Virus record (IMG/VR): IMGVR_UViG_3300032030_004230
Direction: 5' to 3' (one strand)
DNA from: a virus
Taxonomy: Duplodnaviria > Caudoviricetes
Length of the DNA: 64,000 bases
In this document: positions 1-9,344 of the stretch, piece after piece
Layout: the number at the start of each line of letters is the position of its first letter
Numbering within the stretch: the first letter of the stretch is position 1
Translations under genes and position numbers: made by a program
The notes under the pieces: generated by a model
What the model was told of the DNA's origin: nothing
What the model saw: only the letters and a program-made list of their open reading frames with translations
Databases searched by the model: none

Positions 1-78
1 AATTCGTTGATGCAAAGAAGTTTGCAATTAGCACTTTCAAAAAGATGACGAAATTCAACAAAAACTGGGACAAGGACA

Positions 79-357
79 ATGCGTAATATGGAAAAAAGAA
101 AGTTCATTGATTTTACAAAAGATGAATTGGTTCCTGGAACACTTGTTGAAAAGTTTTTTCATGACAGAATTGTAAAAATTGTCAAAAGTCTTGAAAATGC
201 TGTATTGCTTGAGCTTGAAGATGAGAAATATTCTTCAAACAAAAAGTATGCAGTTTTTGCTCTAAATAAAGACACAGGCTACTGGAATATGAGAATTTCA
301 TGCCCTTCAGTTGACGAAATGCATTCTTGGCTCTCATTCTACAACAAAATGAGGTAA
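79..357 (+). CDS. hypothetical phage protein
   Basis: ORF with AAGGA SD, co-directional with neighbours. Confidence 0.7.
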   Translation: MRNMEKRKFIDFTKDELVPGTLVEKFFHDRIVKIVKSLENAVLLELEDEKYSSNKKYAVFALNKDTGYWNMRISCPSVDEMHSWLSFYNKMR

Positions 358-362
358 ACTCT

Positions 363-701
363 ATGGCAAAAAATGTTGCAAAAATTCTCGATAAGATCGA
401 AACAAATCTTAAACTCCAGCAGGAGAAGCTTAAACTTCTGCGTGAAAACATGTCTTATATTGAGTATCTGGCAGACTACAAGAATAGTTGTTTTTGGCTG
501 CCTCTTACTGAAGAAAAAGCAGCAAAGTTTGCAAACGATACCTGGAATCTTGACGAGCTTCGTCTTACAGTATGGTTCCTTGTCAAAACAGACACTGGCA
601 TTCGCATTTTGAATAAAGAAGAGTACGAAACTTGCATGGATAAAGCACAAGTATTGTATCAGGGTACATATCAGGCTTGCAAAAACTTCATTAAGGTGTG
701 A
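363..701 (+). CDS. hypothetical protein (start revised to MAKNV)
   Basis: GAGGT SD upstream of ATG at 363. Confidence 0.7.
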   Translation: MAKNVAKILDKIETNLKLQQEKLKLLRENMSYIEYLADYKNSCFWLPLTEEKAAKFANDTWNLDELRLTVWFLVKTDTGIRILNKEEYETCMDKAQVLYQGTYQACKNFIKV

Positions 702-737
702 AGCTAATTCTGACTGCAGAAAAATCTCTAAAAAGGC

Positions 738-749
738 TATTATATTATT
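738..749 (+). promoter_or_regulatory. putative phage promoter motif TATTATATTATT
   Basis: Exact 12-mer found 8 times, always intergenic and oriented toward a gene start. Confidence 0.65.
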
Positions 750-780
750 ATAGCAAACAACACTTAAAAAGGAGATTATT

Positions 781-981
781 ATGACTGCATCAGAAAAAAC
801 AATTTTTGAAGATTTTCTTAAAGAAGCTCACTTCGAAGTAGAAAGTGAGAATAACGGTCTTTATGAGATTTCACACAGATACTCATCAAAGACTGAGACA
901 ATTCAGACAAATGGCTATAATTTGCTTTACAGCATGCAGCGACTCACAAATTCACAGCTTGCAAAGGACGTTTTGAGATAA
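781..981 (+). CDS. hypothetical protein
   Basis: AGGAG SD, downstream of promoter motif. Confidence 0.7.
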   Translation: MTASEKTIFEDFLKEAHFEVESENNGLYEISHRYSSKTETIQTNGYNLLYSMQRLTNSQLAKDVLR

Positions 982-1010
982 TTTCAAGATTCTGTATTGT
1001 AGGAGATACT

Positions 1011-2543
1011 ATGGCTAAAAACATAAAAAATGAGCTGATTGACAAAGTATTAGAACCAATTCACGAAGCTGGCTTTACTGTTGCTTTTGTTGGCGGTTGT
1101 GTTCGTGACAAACTGATGAATATCAAACCTCATGATTTCGACATCGCAACTGATGCAACTCCTGAAGAACTTCATAAAATCTTTAACAAATTTTCAAAAG
1201 TCTCAAAAAACAGTGAGCCTTTTGGCGTAACAATGCCTTTGATTGAATTTGATGACGGGACTGCTGAAGAAGTTGAAATTGCAACTTTCAGAAAAGACAT
1301 TACAAAAGGTCGACATCCAAAAATTGAGTTTACACGCTCAATTGAAGAAGATGCAGCTCGCCGTGATTTTACAGTAAATGCTTTGTATGAAGACATGTTT
1401 GGAAATATCATTGACCCTACAGGTCAGGGCAAAGATGACATTCGAATAAATGCATTGCGTTTCATTGGGAATGCTCAGGACCGCATTTCTGAAGACCCAT
1501 TACGAATCTTCAGATTTGTTCGATTCTTAGCTTCAAAAGGCTTTATGTCAGCTCATAGCGCAAAAGAAGCTTTAGAGTGGAAAGCCGATTTTGCAGATGT
1601 CTCAAAAGAGCGTGTTTTGAAAGAGCTGGAGAAAACATTTGGCGGAAAGTTTCTATTTGAGACTGCATTTGGCTTGACTCCGTTTGACTTTTTCATAGCT
1701 TGTCGTATTGATGAGAAAGTCGGTATGCGTCCGCTAATAGTTGATATGTCAAATATCGAGCAGTCTTGGATGTGGCATGCAGAGGGCTCTTTGTGGTGGT
1801 TGGACAGTGGCGAGTCAGTCGCTGCTGAAAGCATTACAGACTTTTCCAAAGCTACACCAAAGACTCATGGCAGTGCATGGGACCACACTTTGCGAGTTAT
1901 GAAATTGATGAGCAAAGAAACGCAGAATGATCCAGACGAGCATCACAGATTTGTCTTGATGATGGCTGCATTCTTGCATGATATTGGCAAAGCTCATTCA
2001 GATCTTGGAGTTAAGACTAATCACTTAGTTTTTAATGGAAAAGAGATTGTCGAGACAATTCCGAAAGTGTCTGACCACGATAAAGTGGGTGCACCAATTG
2101 CAGAACAGTTTTGTAAAGACATTGGAATGACAAATAAGGATGCTAGACTTGTATTCCGCTTGGTTGCAAATCATATGAATGCACATAAACTCGCAGACAT
2201 GAAAAAGAGGTCTTCTATTTGGAGGCTCGTGTCTCAGAAGTTTTTTAAAGATTTGGTGAAGCTTGCTAGATGTGATGAGAACGGTTGTATCAAGACTACA
2301 GATGACAAGTGGTGTGGTATTGACAATGCTTTGAAGTTACAGAAAGTTGCAGATGTTCTTGGAAAGCCAATGCCAAAGCCTATTGTAACAGGCGATGACT
2401 TGATTGCAGCTGGACTGAAACCAGATAGCTCATTCAAGAAAAGACTTGATGTTGCATACAATTTGCAGATTGATCAAGGCTTAACAGATAAAGCTAAACT
2501 TATCAAGCATGCAAAAGGTATGACATTGCCTAAAAGCTTGTAA
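1011..2543 (+). CDS. cca: class II tRNA nucleotidyltransferase (CCA-adding/poly(A) polymerase family) with HD domain
   Basis: Motifs VGGCVRD, DFDIAT, EIATFRKD, DAARRDFTVNAL, EDPLRIFR, HD motif AAFLHDIGK, C-terminal P(I/L)VTGDDL..GLKP. Confidence 0.92.
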   Translation: MAKNIKNELIDKVLEPIHEAGFTVAFVGGCVRDKLMNIKPHDFDIATDATPEELHKIFNKFSKVSKNSEPFGVTMPLIEFDDGTAEEVEIATFRKDITKGRHPKIEFTRSIEEDAARRDFTVNALYEDMFGNIIDPTGQGKDDIRINALRFIGNAQDRISEDPLRIFRFVRFLASKGFMSAHSAKEALEWKADFADVSKERVLKELEKTFGGKFLFETAFGLTPFDFFIACRIDEKVGMRPLIVDMSNIEQSWMWHAEGSLWWLDSGESVAAESITDFSKATPKTHGSAWDHTLRVMKLMSKETQNDPDEHHRFVLMMAAFLHDIGKAHSDLGVKTNHLVFNGKEIVETIPKVSDHDKVGAPIAEQFCKDIGMTNKDARLVFRLVANHMNAHKLADMKKRSSIWRLVSQKFFKDLVKLARCDENGCIKTTDDKWCGIDNALKLQKVADVLGKPMPKPIVTGDDLIAAGLKPDSSFKKRLDVAYNLQIDQGLTDKAKLIKHAKGMTLPKSL

Positions 2544-3072
2544 GCTCAACTCTTCTTTTTAGAGTGGGCCGATCTTTGTCATTAATTTCAATCACTTTAG
2601 TGACTTTGTATCGGCCATCTAGTATGACTTCTTGCTGCCATCTGTAATCAGAGTCAGACCACTGACTTGTAATGTCATAAACACTGTCTGGAATTTTCCA
2701 ACCTTCAGCATTATGGAAGACCATTTCACAGATGTCAGCGTCAGAGTTTTGCGAAGTGAATACAGTAATTTTGTCAACAAAGCTATCATAGTTTTCTTTG
2801 CTGAGAAATTGCAAAATTGAGGAAGAGCAAGGTGTTGCAGAGAATATGTCACCCTCTTTTAAAGACCAGACATTGTTTTCTTTGTAGTAGTCGTCCCATG
2901 GACGTGCTACATAACGGTACAATACATTAAAATTTTCTTTGAAGCAGCTTGCAGCTTTCAGTAGTTTGTAAGAGATTCTACTAGTGCACACCCAGTCTTC
3001 AAGAGATTTAAGATAGTCTTCTTTAAGAGACTCCTTGACTGATTCTTCAATAAGCTCATTAGATGCTTCCAT
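2530..3072 (-). CDS. putative ADP-ribosyltransferase-like protein
   Basis: VLYR ... LKEGDIF..SSS ... QQEVILDGRYKVTKV resembles the R-S-E ART motif order. Confidence 0.45.
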   Translation of the reverse strand: MEASNELIEESVKESLKEDYLKSLEDWVCTSRISYKLLKAASCFKENFNVLYRYVARPWDDYYKENNVWSLKEGDIFSATPCSSSILQFLSKENYDSFVDKITVFTSQNSDADICEMVFHNAEGWKIPDSVYDITSQWSDSDYRWQQEVILDGRYKVTKVIEINDKDRPTLKRRVELTSF

Positions 3073-3168
3073 AAAGAATTAGTTGAGTTAATCTTTTTGT
3101 AGAGCAGGATATAAAAATCCTTGTCTCTATAACATATAACATTTTTATAAATAGGAGAACACATTAGC

Positions 3169-4470
3169 ATGTGGGAAATCAATGGAAAGAGAACTTCTGA
3201 TGAAGCAGAAGTAATGAAAGCGTTTGGCCTTAAATATCCGCCAATGGTAAAGAGTCTTGATGACACCGACCTTTATAAGGGCAGCATGGGTCAGACATAC
3301 CATCATCAATTCGGTAATTTGAAGACAACTTGGGACTTCTGTGCCCGCAATGTTGGACTTAACTCAAAGCATCCTGAAAAATACACAAAAGAAGACATCA
3401 CAGAAATCAAAAATCAGCTGCGTGCATATTGCGCACTTCGTTTTGAAGACGAAGAACTTGACTATCTTCGCAACAAATGTCCTTGGATTAAAACAGACTA
3501 TCTCAACTTCTTGAAGTTCTGGCATCCAGTCTTTGAAGACTTCACAGTCGAAGAAGATGAAAAGACAGGCATTAAGCTCTCATTTGCTGGCGTGCAGGAA
3601 TATGTAGAGTACTACGAAATTCCTGTTCTTGAAATCTGTGCAGAAACATACTACCGCAATCATTACAACTATGATAAGCTTCTTGCAAACTACAAGAAAC
3701 TCACTGAAGAAAAAATTGCCAAAATGAAAGAAGGTGACTATCACTTTGGAGCATGGTCAGAGTTTGGAGCTCGCCGCCGCCTTTCTTATGAAGCACAGGA
3801 ATGGTTGATTGGCCGCCTTGCTGAAGAGAAGAGATACACTGGTCCTTTCTATGGTTTCATTGGAACTTCAAATATCCGCCTTGCCCGCATGTTCAACGTA
3901 ACACCTGTTGGAACTTGTGCACATGAGTTTATCGAGTGTGTTGGACAGGGTGATCCTTCACTTAATCCTGCTTACAGCAACAAGTTCGCAATGGAAGCTT
4001 GGATTAAAGAATACGGAGTTTGGAATGGTATTTGGTTGACTGATACAATTGGTGATGAACTTTGCCGCCGTGACATGCAGAAAACATATGCAACATTGTT
4101 CAGCGGAGTTCGTAATGACTCTGGTGACCCGTTTGTTTGGGCAGACAATTGGATTGAGCACTTCAAATCACTTGGAATTGACCCGAAAACAAAGACACTT
4201 TTGTTCAGTAACAGCATCAACAGTCTTGAACTGTGGGATAAACTTTGCCGCCATGTTGAAGGTCGCGCAAAACCTGCGTTTGGAATTGGTACATACTGGT
4301 CAGGTCCTCAGGACATCGACCCTCTCAACATTGTTGCAAAAGTCGTTCTGGTAAATGGAATGGATGTTGCAAAGTTGAGCGACGATGCTGGTAAAACAAT
4401 GAGCCGCAGCGCTGAGTACGTTGACTACCTCAAACGTGCGCTTGATTGGCGCTTGAAGAGCGGAAAATAA
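3169..4470 (+). CDS. pncB: nicotinate phosphoribosyltransferase
   Basis: DTDLYK, SEFGARRR, GTSN, GTCAHE, LTDT, GVRNDSGDP, FGIGT, KLSDDAGK. Confidence 0.92.
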   Translation: MWEINGKRTSDEAEVMKAFGLKYPPMVKSLDDTDLYKGSMGQTYHHQFGNLKTTWDFCARNVGLNSKHPEKYTKEDITEIKNQLRAYCALRFEDEELDYLRNKCPWIKTDYLNFLKFWHPVFEDFTVEEDEKTGIKLSFAGVQEYVEYYEIPVLEICAETYYRNHYNYDKLLANYKKLTEEKIAKMKEGDYHFGAWSEFGARRRLSYEAQEWLIGRLAEEKRYTGPFYGFIGTSNIRLARMFNVTPVGTCAHEFIECVGQGDPSLNPAYSNKFAMEAWIKEYGVWNGIWLTDTIGDELCRRDMQKTYATLFSGVRNDSGDPFVWADNWIEHFKSLGIDPKTKTLLFSNSINSLELWDKLCRHVEGRAKPAFGIGTYWSGPQDIDPLNIVAKVVLVNGMDVAKLSDDAGKTMSRSAEYVDYLKRALDWRLKSGK

Positions 4471-4478
4471 AATGAAAA

Positions 4479-4497
4479 ACCGCCCATGAGGGCGGTT
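4479..4497 (+). terminator. hairpin terminator after pncB
   Basis: AACCGCCC-ATGA-GGGCGGTT inverted repeat. Confidence 0.6.
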
Positions 4498-4521
4498 AAT
4501 CTATTTTTAAGGTGATGAAAA

Positions 4522-5088
4522 ATGATTTTATGTATAATCTTTTTATGTTTCTGTGGTTTGTGTTTCATTGGACAATGCATCACATCAGACTGGTATTATT
4601 CAACTCATGATGTTGATAAAGACATAATCAAAAGTGAAGAAAATCCTAAAAAGAAACGCGAGTTGAAGATTGAAAGACTTCAGTATAAAATTTCAAGGTT
4701 TACATACTTTGTTTTTGGTGAGTTAGACTCTAATTGCATACGCGCTTGGATAGTTGGTTTAGCAGCTGTTGCTTTTGGTTTATTTTTGGTCATTGCTAAA
4801 TGTACTGACTCATCTGAAATTACAAATCTTAATGCAAGATATGACTATTATGCAACCGCCATTGAGCAAGGATATATTTGGAACTCGCAGAATGACATTG
4901 TAGATGAACAAAGAAATATTGCTGAGATGAAAGCTTGGGTTCATGAGCATCCAATCAGAACTTTCTTCAAAGTTGAAGATGTCGATGCTTTGTATGATAA
5001 AGTCATGAAGTTTGAAATTCCTGCAATCGAAAACACAGCGAAGTATCAGTTGAATACTACACGAAACGTGATAAAAACAGAGAGATAA
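4522..5088 (+). CDS. hypothetical membrane protein
   Basis: Two hydrophobic segments. Confidence 0.7.
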   Translation: MILCIIFLCFCGLCFIGQCITSDWYYSTHDVDKDIIKSEENPKKKRELKIERLQYKISRFTYFVFGELDSNCIRAWIVGLAAVAFGLFLVIAKCTDSSEITNLNARYDYYATAIEQGYIWNSQNDIVDEQRNIAEMKAWVHEHPIRTFFKVEDVDALYDKVMKFEIPAIENTAKYQLNTTRNVIKTER

Positions 5089-5095
5089 AACGCAT

Positions 5096-5335
5096 ATGAA
5101 ATTTGACAACAAAATTTGCAATCATGTAATTTATGTAAAAGGCAATGGTTATGTTGCAAACAAACCAAATGGTGGCGACTATAAGTTTACTCCGCATGTA
5201 CAGCAAGCTCGTGTTTTTAGCTCGTCTGGAGCAGCAGCAAATGCAGCCAACTTTGTAGCTAAGCAGTTTGGTTTTACATCATACTACTACGGCAATCTCC
5301 AGATTATACCAGTTGTTCTGGTAGAGGTAAAATAA
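5096..5335 (+). CDS. hypothetical protein
   Basis: Tightly packed ORF. Confidence 0.65.
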   Translation: MKFDNKICNHVIYVKGNGYVANKPNGGDYKFTPHVQQARVFSSSGAAANAANFVAKQFGFTSYYYGNLQIIPVVLVEVK

Positions 5336-5338
5336 AAT

Positions 5339-5851
5339 ATGAGTAGCGGACTTCATAATCGATGTAAAGAACGAGCGCAGAAAAAGAGAAAATGCCAAGC
5401 AGCATTCTATGATAGATACTATGGTACAGTCAAATTAATGCTCAGATATCTTCTTGAATGTGAATATGTTCCGTTGACGTTCGAGAACGAGCATGAAGTT
5501 GAGTATGAAGCTACTGAGTTCAGAAAGATTTGGAAGTCTGTTTTCAAGCTTCCATATCTCAGTATTCGTGGAATAACTGAAAGCAGGGCGCCAATTCCAT
5601 ATAAGATTGTTTACAATCGTTGGAAGCGCTTTCTTAAGGAACGCTTGGTTCATTTGCGTTCATTGTATCTTATTGAAGTTATTGGATGCAGTATGCGAGA
5701 TGGCGTAAAAATCGATGTTCGTGAATTGTATTCAGATCATAACGAAATCAATGAACATATGAATACAAAGGTTTTGTCACAAGCTTGGGTACAAAATTAC
5801 AATAAACAGGTTGACGAAAACCTAGACAATAACCAAAAGGAGCTTATCTGA
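5339..5851 (+). CDS. hypothetical protein
   Basis: Tightly packed ORF. Confidence 0.7.
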   Translation: MSSGLHNRCKERAQKKRKCQAAFYDRYYGTVKLMLRYLLECEYVPLTFENEHEVEYEATEFRKIWKSVFKLPYLSIRGITESRAPIPYKIVYNRWKRFLKERLVHLRSLYLIEVIGCSMRDGVKIDVRELYSDHNEINEHMNTKVLSQAWVQNYNKQVDENLDNNQKELI

Positions 5852-5852
5852 A

Positions 5853-6404
5853 ATGGCAAAGATCGGAATTTTTGGGGGAACTTTCAGCCCATTTCATCTC
5901 GGGCATCTTGCAATCATTAAGAAAGCTCTTGAAAAGCTTGATAAAGTGATTATTGTTCCGACAGTAATAAACTACTATCGTCCTGGCAAAAGGAGTCTTT
6001 TTAGCTTTGACGACAGAGTTCGAATTATTCTTGAGATGACTGCAGGTTTCTCAGGAAGCGTAACAGTTGACTCAGTAGAAAGAGACAAAGACTCTACTTG
6101 GAGAACTGTTGATACGCTTCTATACTTTAAAAAGCTTTACCCAAATGATGAGCTGTATTTTATCATGGGTGAAGACTCTTATTCGCAGTTCAAAACTTGG
6201 TTTAAGTATGAAGATATTCTTCGCTTGGCAAAATTACTGGTTGCAAATCGTGGTGAAATCAAAGCTGATCCTGAAGTGCCTTTTGAAGAATTAAATATTG
6301 GGAAAGGCTTTCAGGAAACATCAGCAACTGCTATTTGTGATAAGCTCATCGAAGAGTTAATTGATACATATATAGCAGATAAAGAGTGGTATAACAGTCT
6401 TTAA
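5853..6404 (+). CDS. nadD: nicotinate/nicotinamide-nucleotide adenylyltransferase
   Basis: GIFGGTFSPFHLGH (HxGH), TVDTL, FIMGEDS, TSATAI. Confidence 0.9.
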   Translation: MAKIGIFGGTFSPFHLGHLAIIKKALEKLDKVIIVPTVINYYRPGKRSLFSFDDRVRIILEMTAGFSGSVTVDSVERDKDSTWRTVDTLLYFKKLYPNDELYFIMGEDSYSQFKTWFKYEDILRLAKLLVANRGEIKADPEVPFEELNIGKGFQETSATAICDKLIEELIDTYIADKEWYNSL

Positions 6405-6451
6405 AAAATTCTCCAGCTTATCAAAAAGTTGGTAGAAGAGGAGAAATATTT

Positions 6452-7162
6452 ATGGAAAAGAAGTTTGAGTCTTTGAAGAAAATGACACTTCGTCAGGCAG
6501 AGAAATTCTTGGAGAGCGGTAGACTTCGTTCAGAGTTTAATGAGCAGAACACAGCCTACTCAGAGAAAGACAGAGAAGCATTGTATGCAGCAGCTCTTTC
6601 ACTCTCTGAAGCTCGTAAGTTTATCGATGAGTTCTCAAAGAAAGAGCGTTTTGCAACTGACACTTTCCGCTATGGTTTCATCGGTAAGAAAGTGAATGAT
6701 GAGCATGGCACAGAATACGTGCAGGTTTCTCGTGGTTCGCCTTATGGCTCAATTGCAGCAGTCTATGATGAAAAGACAAAGAAAATCTACGCAGGCTTTA
6801 CTTACGTAAGTGAAGATGAGCGTTTCCCACATTCAGTAATCGGCCAAGCAATTGCTCTTCGCCGTGCAATCGAAAACCGCGACAAAGACATTGATATTGA
6901 AGCAATCGACGGAACTCCTTGGCTTAAAGGAGCTGATGAGCTTCAGTGGAAGCATTTCAAAGACAGAGTATATCGTTACTTCCGCCCAGATGAGTTCTCT
7001 CATTCACGTGGAAAGACGCCTACTGCTCAACCAAAGTTTGATGAAATTCATATTTGGCAGTATGTTGTGGAAGCACAGCATGCAAAAGATAAAAAGTCTT
7101 TCAAAGAACTTCTCAAGAAGATTGAGAGCTCTTTGACAGAACTTAATCCAAAATTGAAGTAG
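6452..7162 (+). CDS. hypothetical protein
   Basis: Strong GAGGAG SD, 236 aa. Confidence 0.8.
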   Translation: MEKKFESLKKMTLRQAEKFLESGRLRSEFNEQNTAYSEKDREALYAAALSLSEARKFIDEFSKKERFATDTFRYGFIGKKVNDEHGTEYVQVSRGSPYGSIAAVYDEKTKKIYAGFTYVSEDERFPHSVIGQAIALRRAIENRDKDIDIEAIDGTPWLKGADELQWKHFKDRVYRYFRPDEFSHSRGKTPTAQPKFDEIHIWQYVVEAQHAKDKKSFKELLKKIESSLTELNPKLK

Positions 7163-7186
7163 TCTTGTACATAAAAAATCAATAGA

Positions 7187-7215
7187 TGCCGCTACAAAGC
7201 GGCATTTTTTTTTTT
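7187..7215 (+). terminator. rho-independent terminator
   Basis: ATGCCGCT-ACAA-AGCGGCAT followed by long T run. Confidence 0.8.
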
Positions 7216-7234
7216 GAAATTTGGATATAACATT

Positions 7235-7246
7235 TATTATATTATT
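7235..7246 (+). promoter_or_regulatory. putative phage promoter motif TATTATATTATT
   Basis: Exact motif copy right after a terminator, before ORF 7280. Confidence 0.65.
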
Positions 7247-7279
7247 TATAAAGTTTAATTTCATAGAGGTATAGAGAAT

Positions 7280-7660
7280 ATGTATACTAGTTTGATCAAT
7301 GAGCTGTTAAGAGAGATAAGTCGTTCTCATGTAGCCTATCCATCAGAACAGTCTTCACAGTCAAAGAAAGAAGACACTCCTGAAGTAAGTGAACTTCTTA
7401 AGACTGCAGAGCAATATGAAGAGCAGGCAAAAGCTCTAAGAGAAGAAGCTCAGAAAAAGCGTGAATCTCTTCGAAAGCTAAAGTACAGTCCAGCACATTC
7501 CTCAGAAGTTACTGCAATTACGACAAATGGCCACACTGAGTATTTCGTAAGAGAAGATGATGCTCAAAATTATCTCTTGTTCTTAAAAGAAAATGACATC
7601 AAGAATCCTGAAGTGAAAAAGATTTCAGTGACACTTGTTGCAGATTTCTGGCGAGAGTAA
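7280..7660 (+). CDS. hypothetical coiled-coil protein
   Basis: GAGGT SD. Confidence 0.7.
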   Translation: MYTSLINELLREISRSHVAYPSEQSSQSKKEDTPEVSELLKTAEQYEEQAKALREEAQKKRESLRKLKYSPAHSSEVTAITTNGHTEYFVREDDAQNYLLFLKENDIKNPEVKKISVTLVADFWRE

Positions 7661-7673
7661 AAGGAGCTGCATT

Positions 7674-7952
7674 ATGAAAGCATTTGTCTACTATGAGTTC
7701 TCTTATTCATTCTCAACTTTGCCAGATGATACAAAAAACTCTAAAGAGAAGTTTTACGGTATTCCAACTGTTTCCACAAAAACTGGCTCTGGGAGAGAAG
7801 TCGTTTTCGTACCGAACAATCTAACTCCTACTGAGTACAATAAGTGGATTGATGAATACGAAGACAAGAAAGGCCAAGAGATCCTTGAAGACGATATTTT
7901 ACACAGAGATGATGTCTTTGTACAAGTAAAAAACTTTTGTCAGCTCCCTTAA
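7674..7952 (+). CDS. hypothetical protein (start revised to MKAFV)
   Basis: AAGGAG SD. Confidence 0.7.
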   Translation: MKAFVYYEFSYSFSTLPDDTKNSKEKFYGIPTVSTKTGSGREVVFVPNNLTPTEYNKWIDEYEDKKGQEILEDDILHRDDVFVQVKNFCQLP

Positions 7953-8100
7953 AAACATATATACATTTGTATAATATACATTTCAAAAACATATATACAA
8001 ATGTTTAATATACGAATTCGTCAACTATTAATGGGGCTCCGCTGCATTAATAGTGGGTTGGTTGGCTTGCTATTAATTATTAATTAATTATTAATAGAGA
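7951..8100 (-). repeat. dispersed intergenic element, copy 1 (reverse orientation) plus adjacent ~34-bp tandem repeat
   Basis: 8014-8036 is the reverse complement of CCCCATTAATAGTTGACGAATTC; 10-bp inverted repeat ACTATTAATG (8024-8033)/CATTAATAGT (8045-8054). Confidence 0.85.
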
Positions 8101-8127
8101 GTTAATTTCTAATTTGGAGATTTATTT

Positions 8128-8664
8128 ATGGCTACAAAGCATATTTTGACTGATACACAGTTTGAGCATTTAAGTTCTCTTTTTGAAGAGCGGGAAGATT
8201 TGAAAGGACAGTTTGCAAAAGCAAATGATTTTCTGTATAAAGCTCGATTTTGCTTGAAACTTTTTGACACTTATTCGAATGCAACTTTTACAGAAGACAG
8301 ATGCAGAGTTACTTCTTTAGACAAAACAGATATTCGTATTGTCTACAGAAGAGTGCCAGAACATTTCCAAATTGATGGTGAAACTGCTACAAGAAATCAG
8401 TTTTGTGAACGTATTCATGATACAAAAAAGCTTGTTCGTTCTCTAAATAGCAAGCTTGACAAGACACAAAATAAACTTCAGGCAGAAGTAAGCTTTATTG
8501 CAAAAGCATCAGGTGAATTTTCTTGGAAAATTTGGGATGAGCTCCGCTCAAATTACATAAATAAGAAAAAGATCGAGAAGCAGCAGAAAGCTGTAGAAGA
8601 TGCAGAAAAGAACCTTAAAGAACTGAAAGATGTTCTCGATAGCCTTAAAAGGAGTGTCATTTAA
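8128..8664 (+). CDS. hypothetical coiled-coil protein
   Basis: GGAGA SD. Confidence 0.75.
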   Translation: MATKHILTDTQFEHLSSLFEEREDLKGQFAKANDFLYKARFCLKLFDTYSNATFTEDRCRVTSLDKTDIRIVYRRVPEHFQIDGETATRNQFCERIHDTKKLVRSLNSKLDKTQNKLQAEVSFIAKASGEFSWKIWDELRSNYINKKKIEKQQKAVEDAEKNLKELKDVLDSLKRSVI

Positions 8665-8666
8665 GT

Positions 8667-9065
8667 ATGGAATGCAACTACGAGAAAATTCGGCTAAGTC
8701 GTGAGTATACGAAGCTTTTGAATAAGTACTTCTCAGAAAGGACTATGTTTGTCGATGCTTGCAGAGACTACGAAAGAGCTAAGACAGATTATCGTAATTT
8801 TGCAAAAGCTGAAAATCAGCATCTCTTGTTTGTCGAGACTAAATGTCTTTTAGACAAAAGTGGCTTTCTTTCAAAAGAAGAGTACATTAAGTATTACAAT
8901 AAGAAGCTTGTCCCTTTGACTCGTATGCCATTTTCAGAAATTCAAAAAATAAATGCTGCAAAATGCAAAGAGACAAAAGAGAAAAAAAGAGTGCATCAGC
9001 ATTGTATGAATGCAGCTTTTATTGAACTTAAAGAGTTCCTTTCTTATAATGGCTTCAAGGGGTAA
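8667..9065 (+). CDS. hypothetical protein
   Basis: Tightly packed ORF. Confidence 0.7.
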   Translation: MECNYEKIRLSREYTKLLNKYFSERTMFVDACRDYERAKTDYRNFAKAENQHLLFVETKCLLDKSGFLSKEEYIKYYNKKLVPLTRMPFSEIQKINAAKCKETKEKKRVHQHCMNAAFIELKEFLSYNGFKG

Positions 9066-9071
9066 AAGAAA

Positions 9072-9341
9072 ATGGCACCATCAAGTTTTGAGATATTTTA
9101 TGAGACTCGCAAAGTCTTAATTGGCAATAAGCCAGTACCAGAAAATCTTGATTACAGTGCTTGGTTTAAAGAAGAATTAAGACTTTATTGGGACACAGCT
9201 CAGCAATCTTTGATTGAGAATCACCCTGAAGACTTTGACAGAGAAGAACAGCTGAGCGCAACAATTGCTGAACTAGAAGACGAGCTTGAAGAGCTCAGAT
9301 TGAAGCTCAGAGATATTCATTCATTAAGTGAGGAATCTTGA
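9072..9341 (+). CDS. hypothetical protein
   Basis: Tightly packed ORF. Confidence 0.7.
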   Translation: MAPSSFEIFYETRKVLIGNKPVPENLDYSAWFKEELRLYWDTAQQSLIENHPEDFDREEQLSATIAELEDELEELRLKLRDIHSLSEES

Positions 9342-9344
9342 AAT

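Noticed and set aside
1172-2461. Antisense or alternate-frame ORFs in the track (here and inside pncB, the rSAMs and the 1735-aa gene)
   Set aside because: Fully nested in well-supported genes, with no SD or recognisable motifs. Treated as shadow ORFs.
7951-8100. Repeats as a CRISPR mini-array
   Set aside because: Only two adjacent units, no unique spacers of regular length, and no cas genes.
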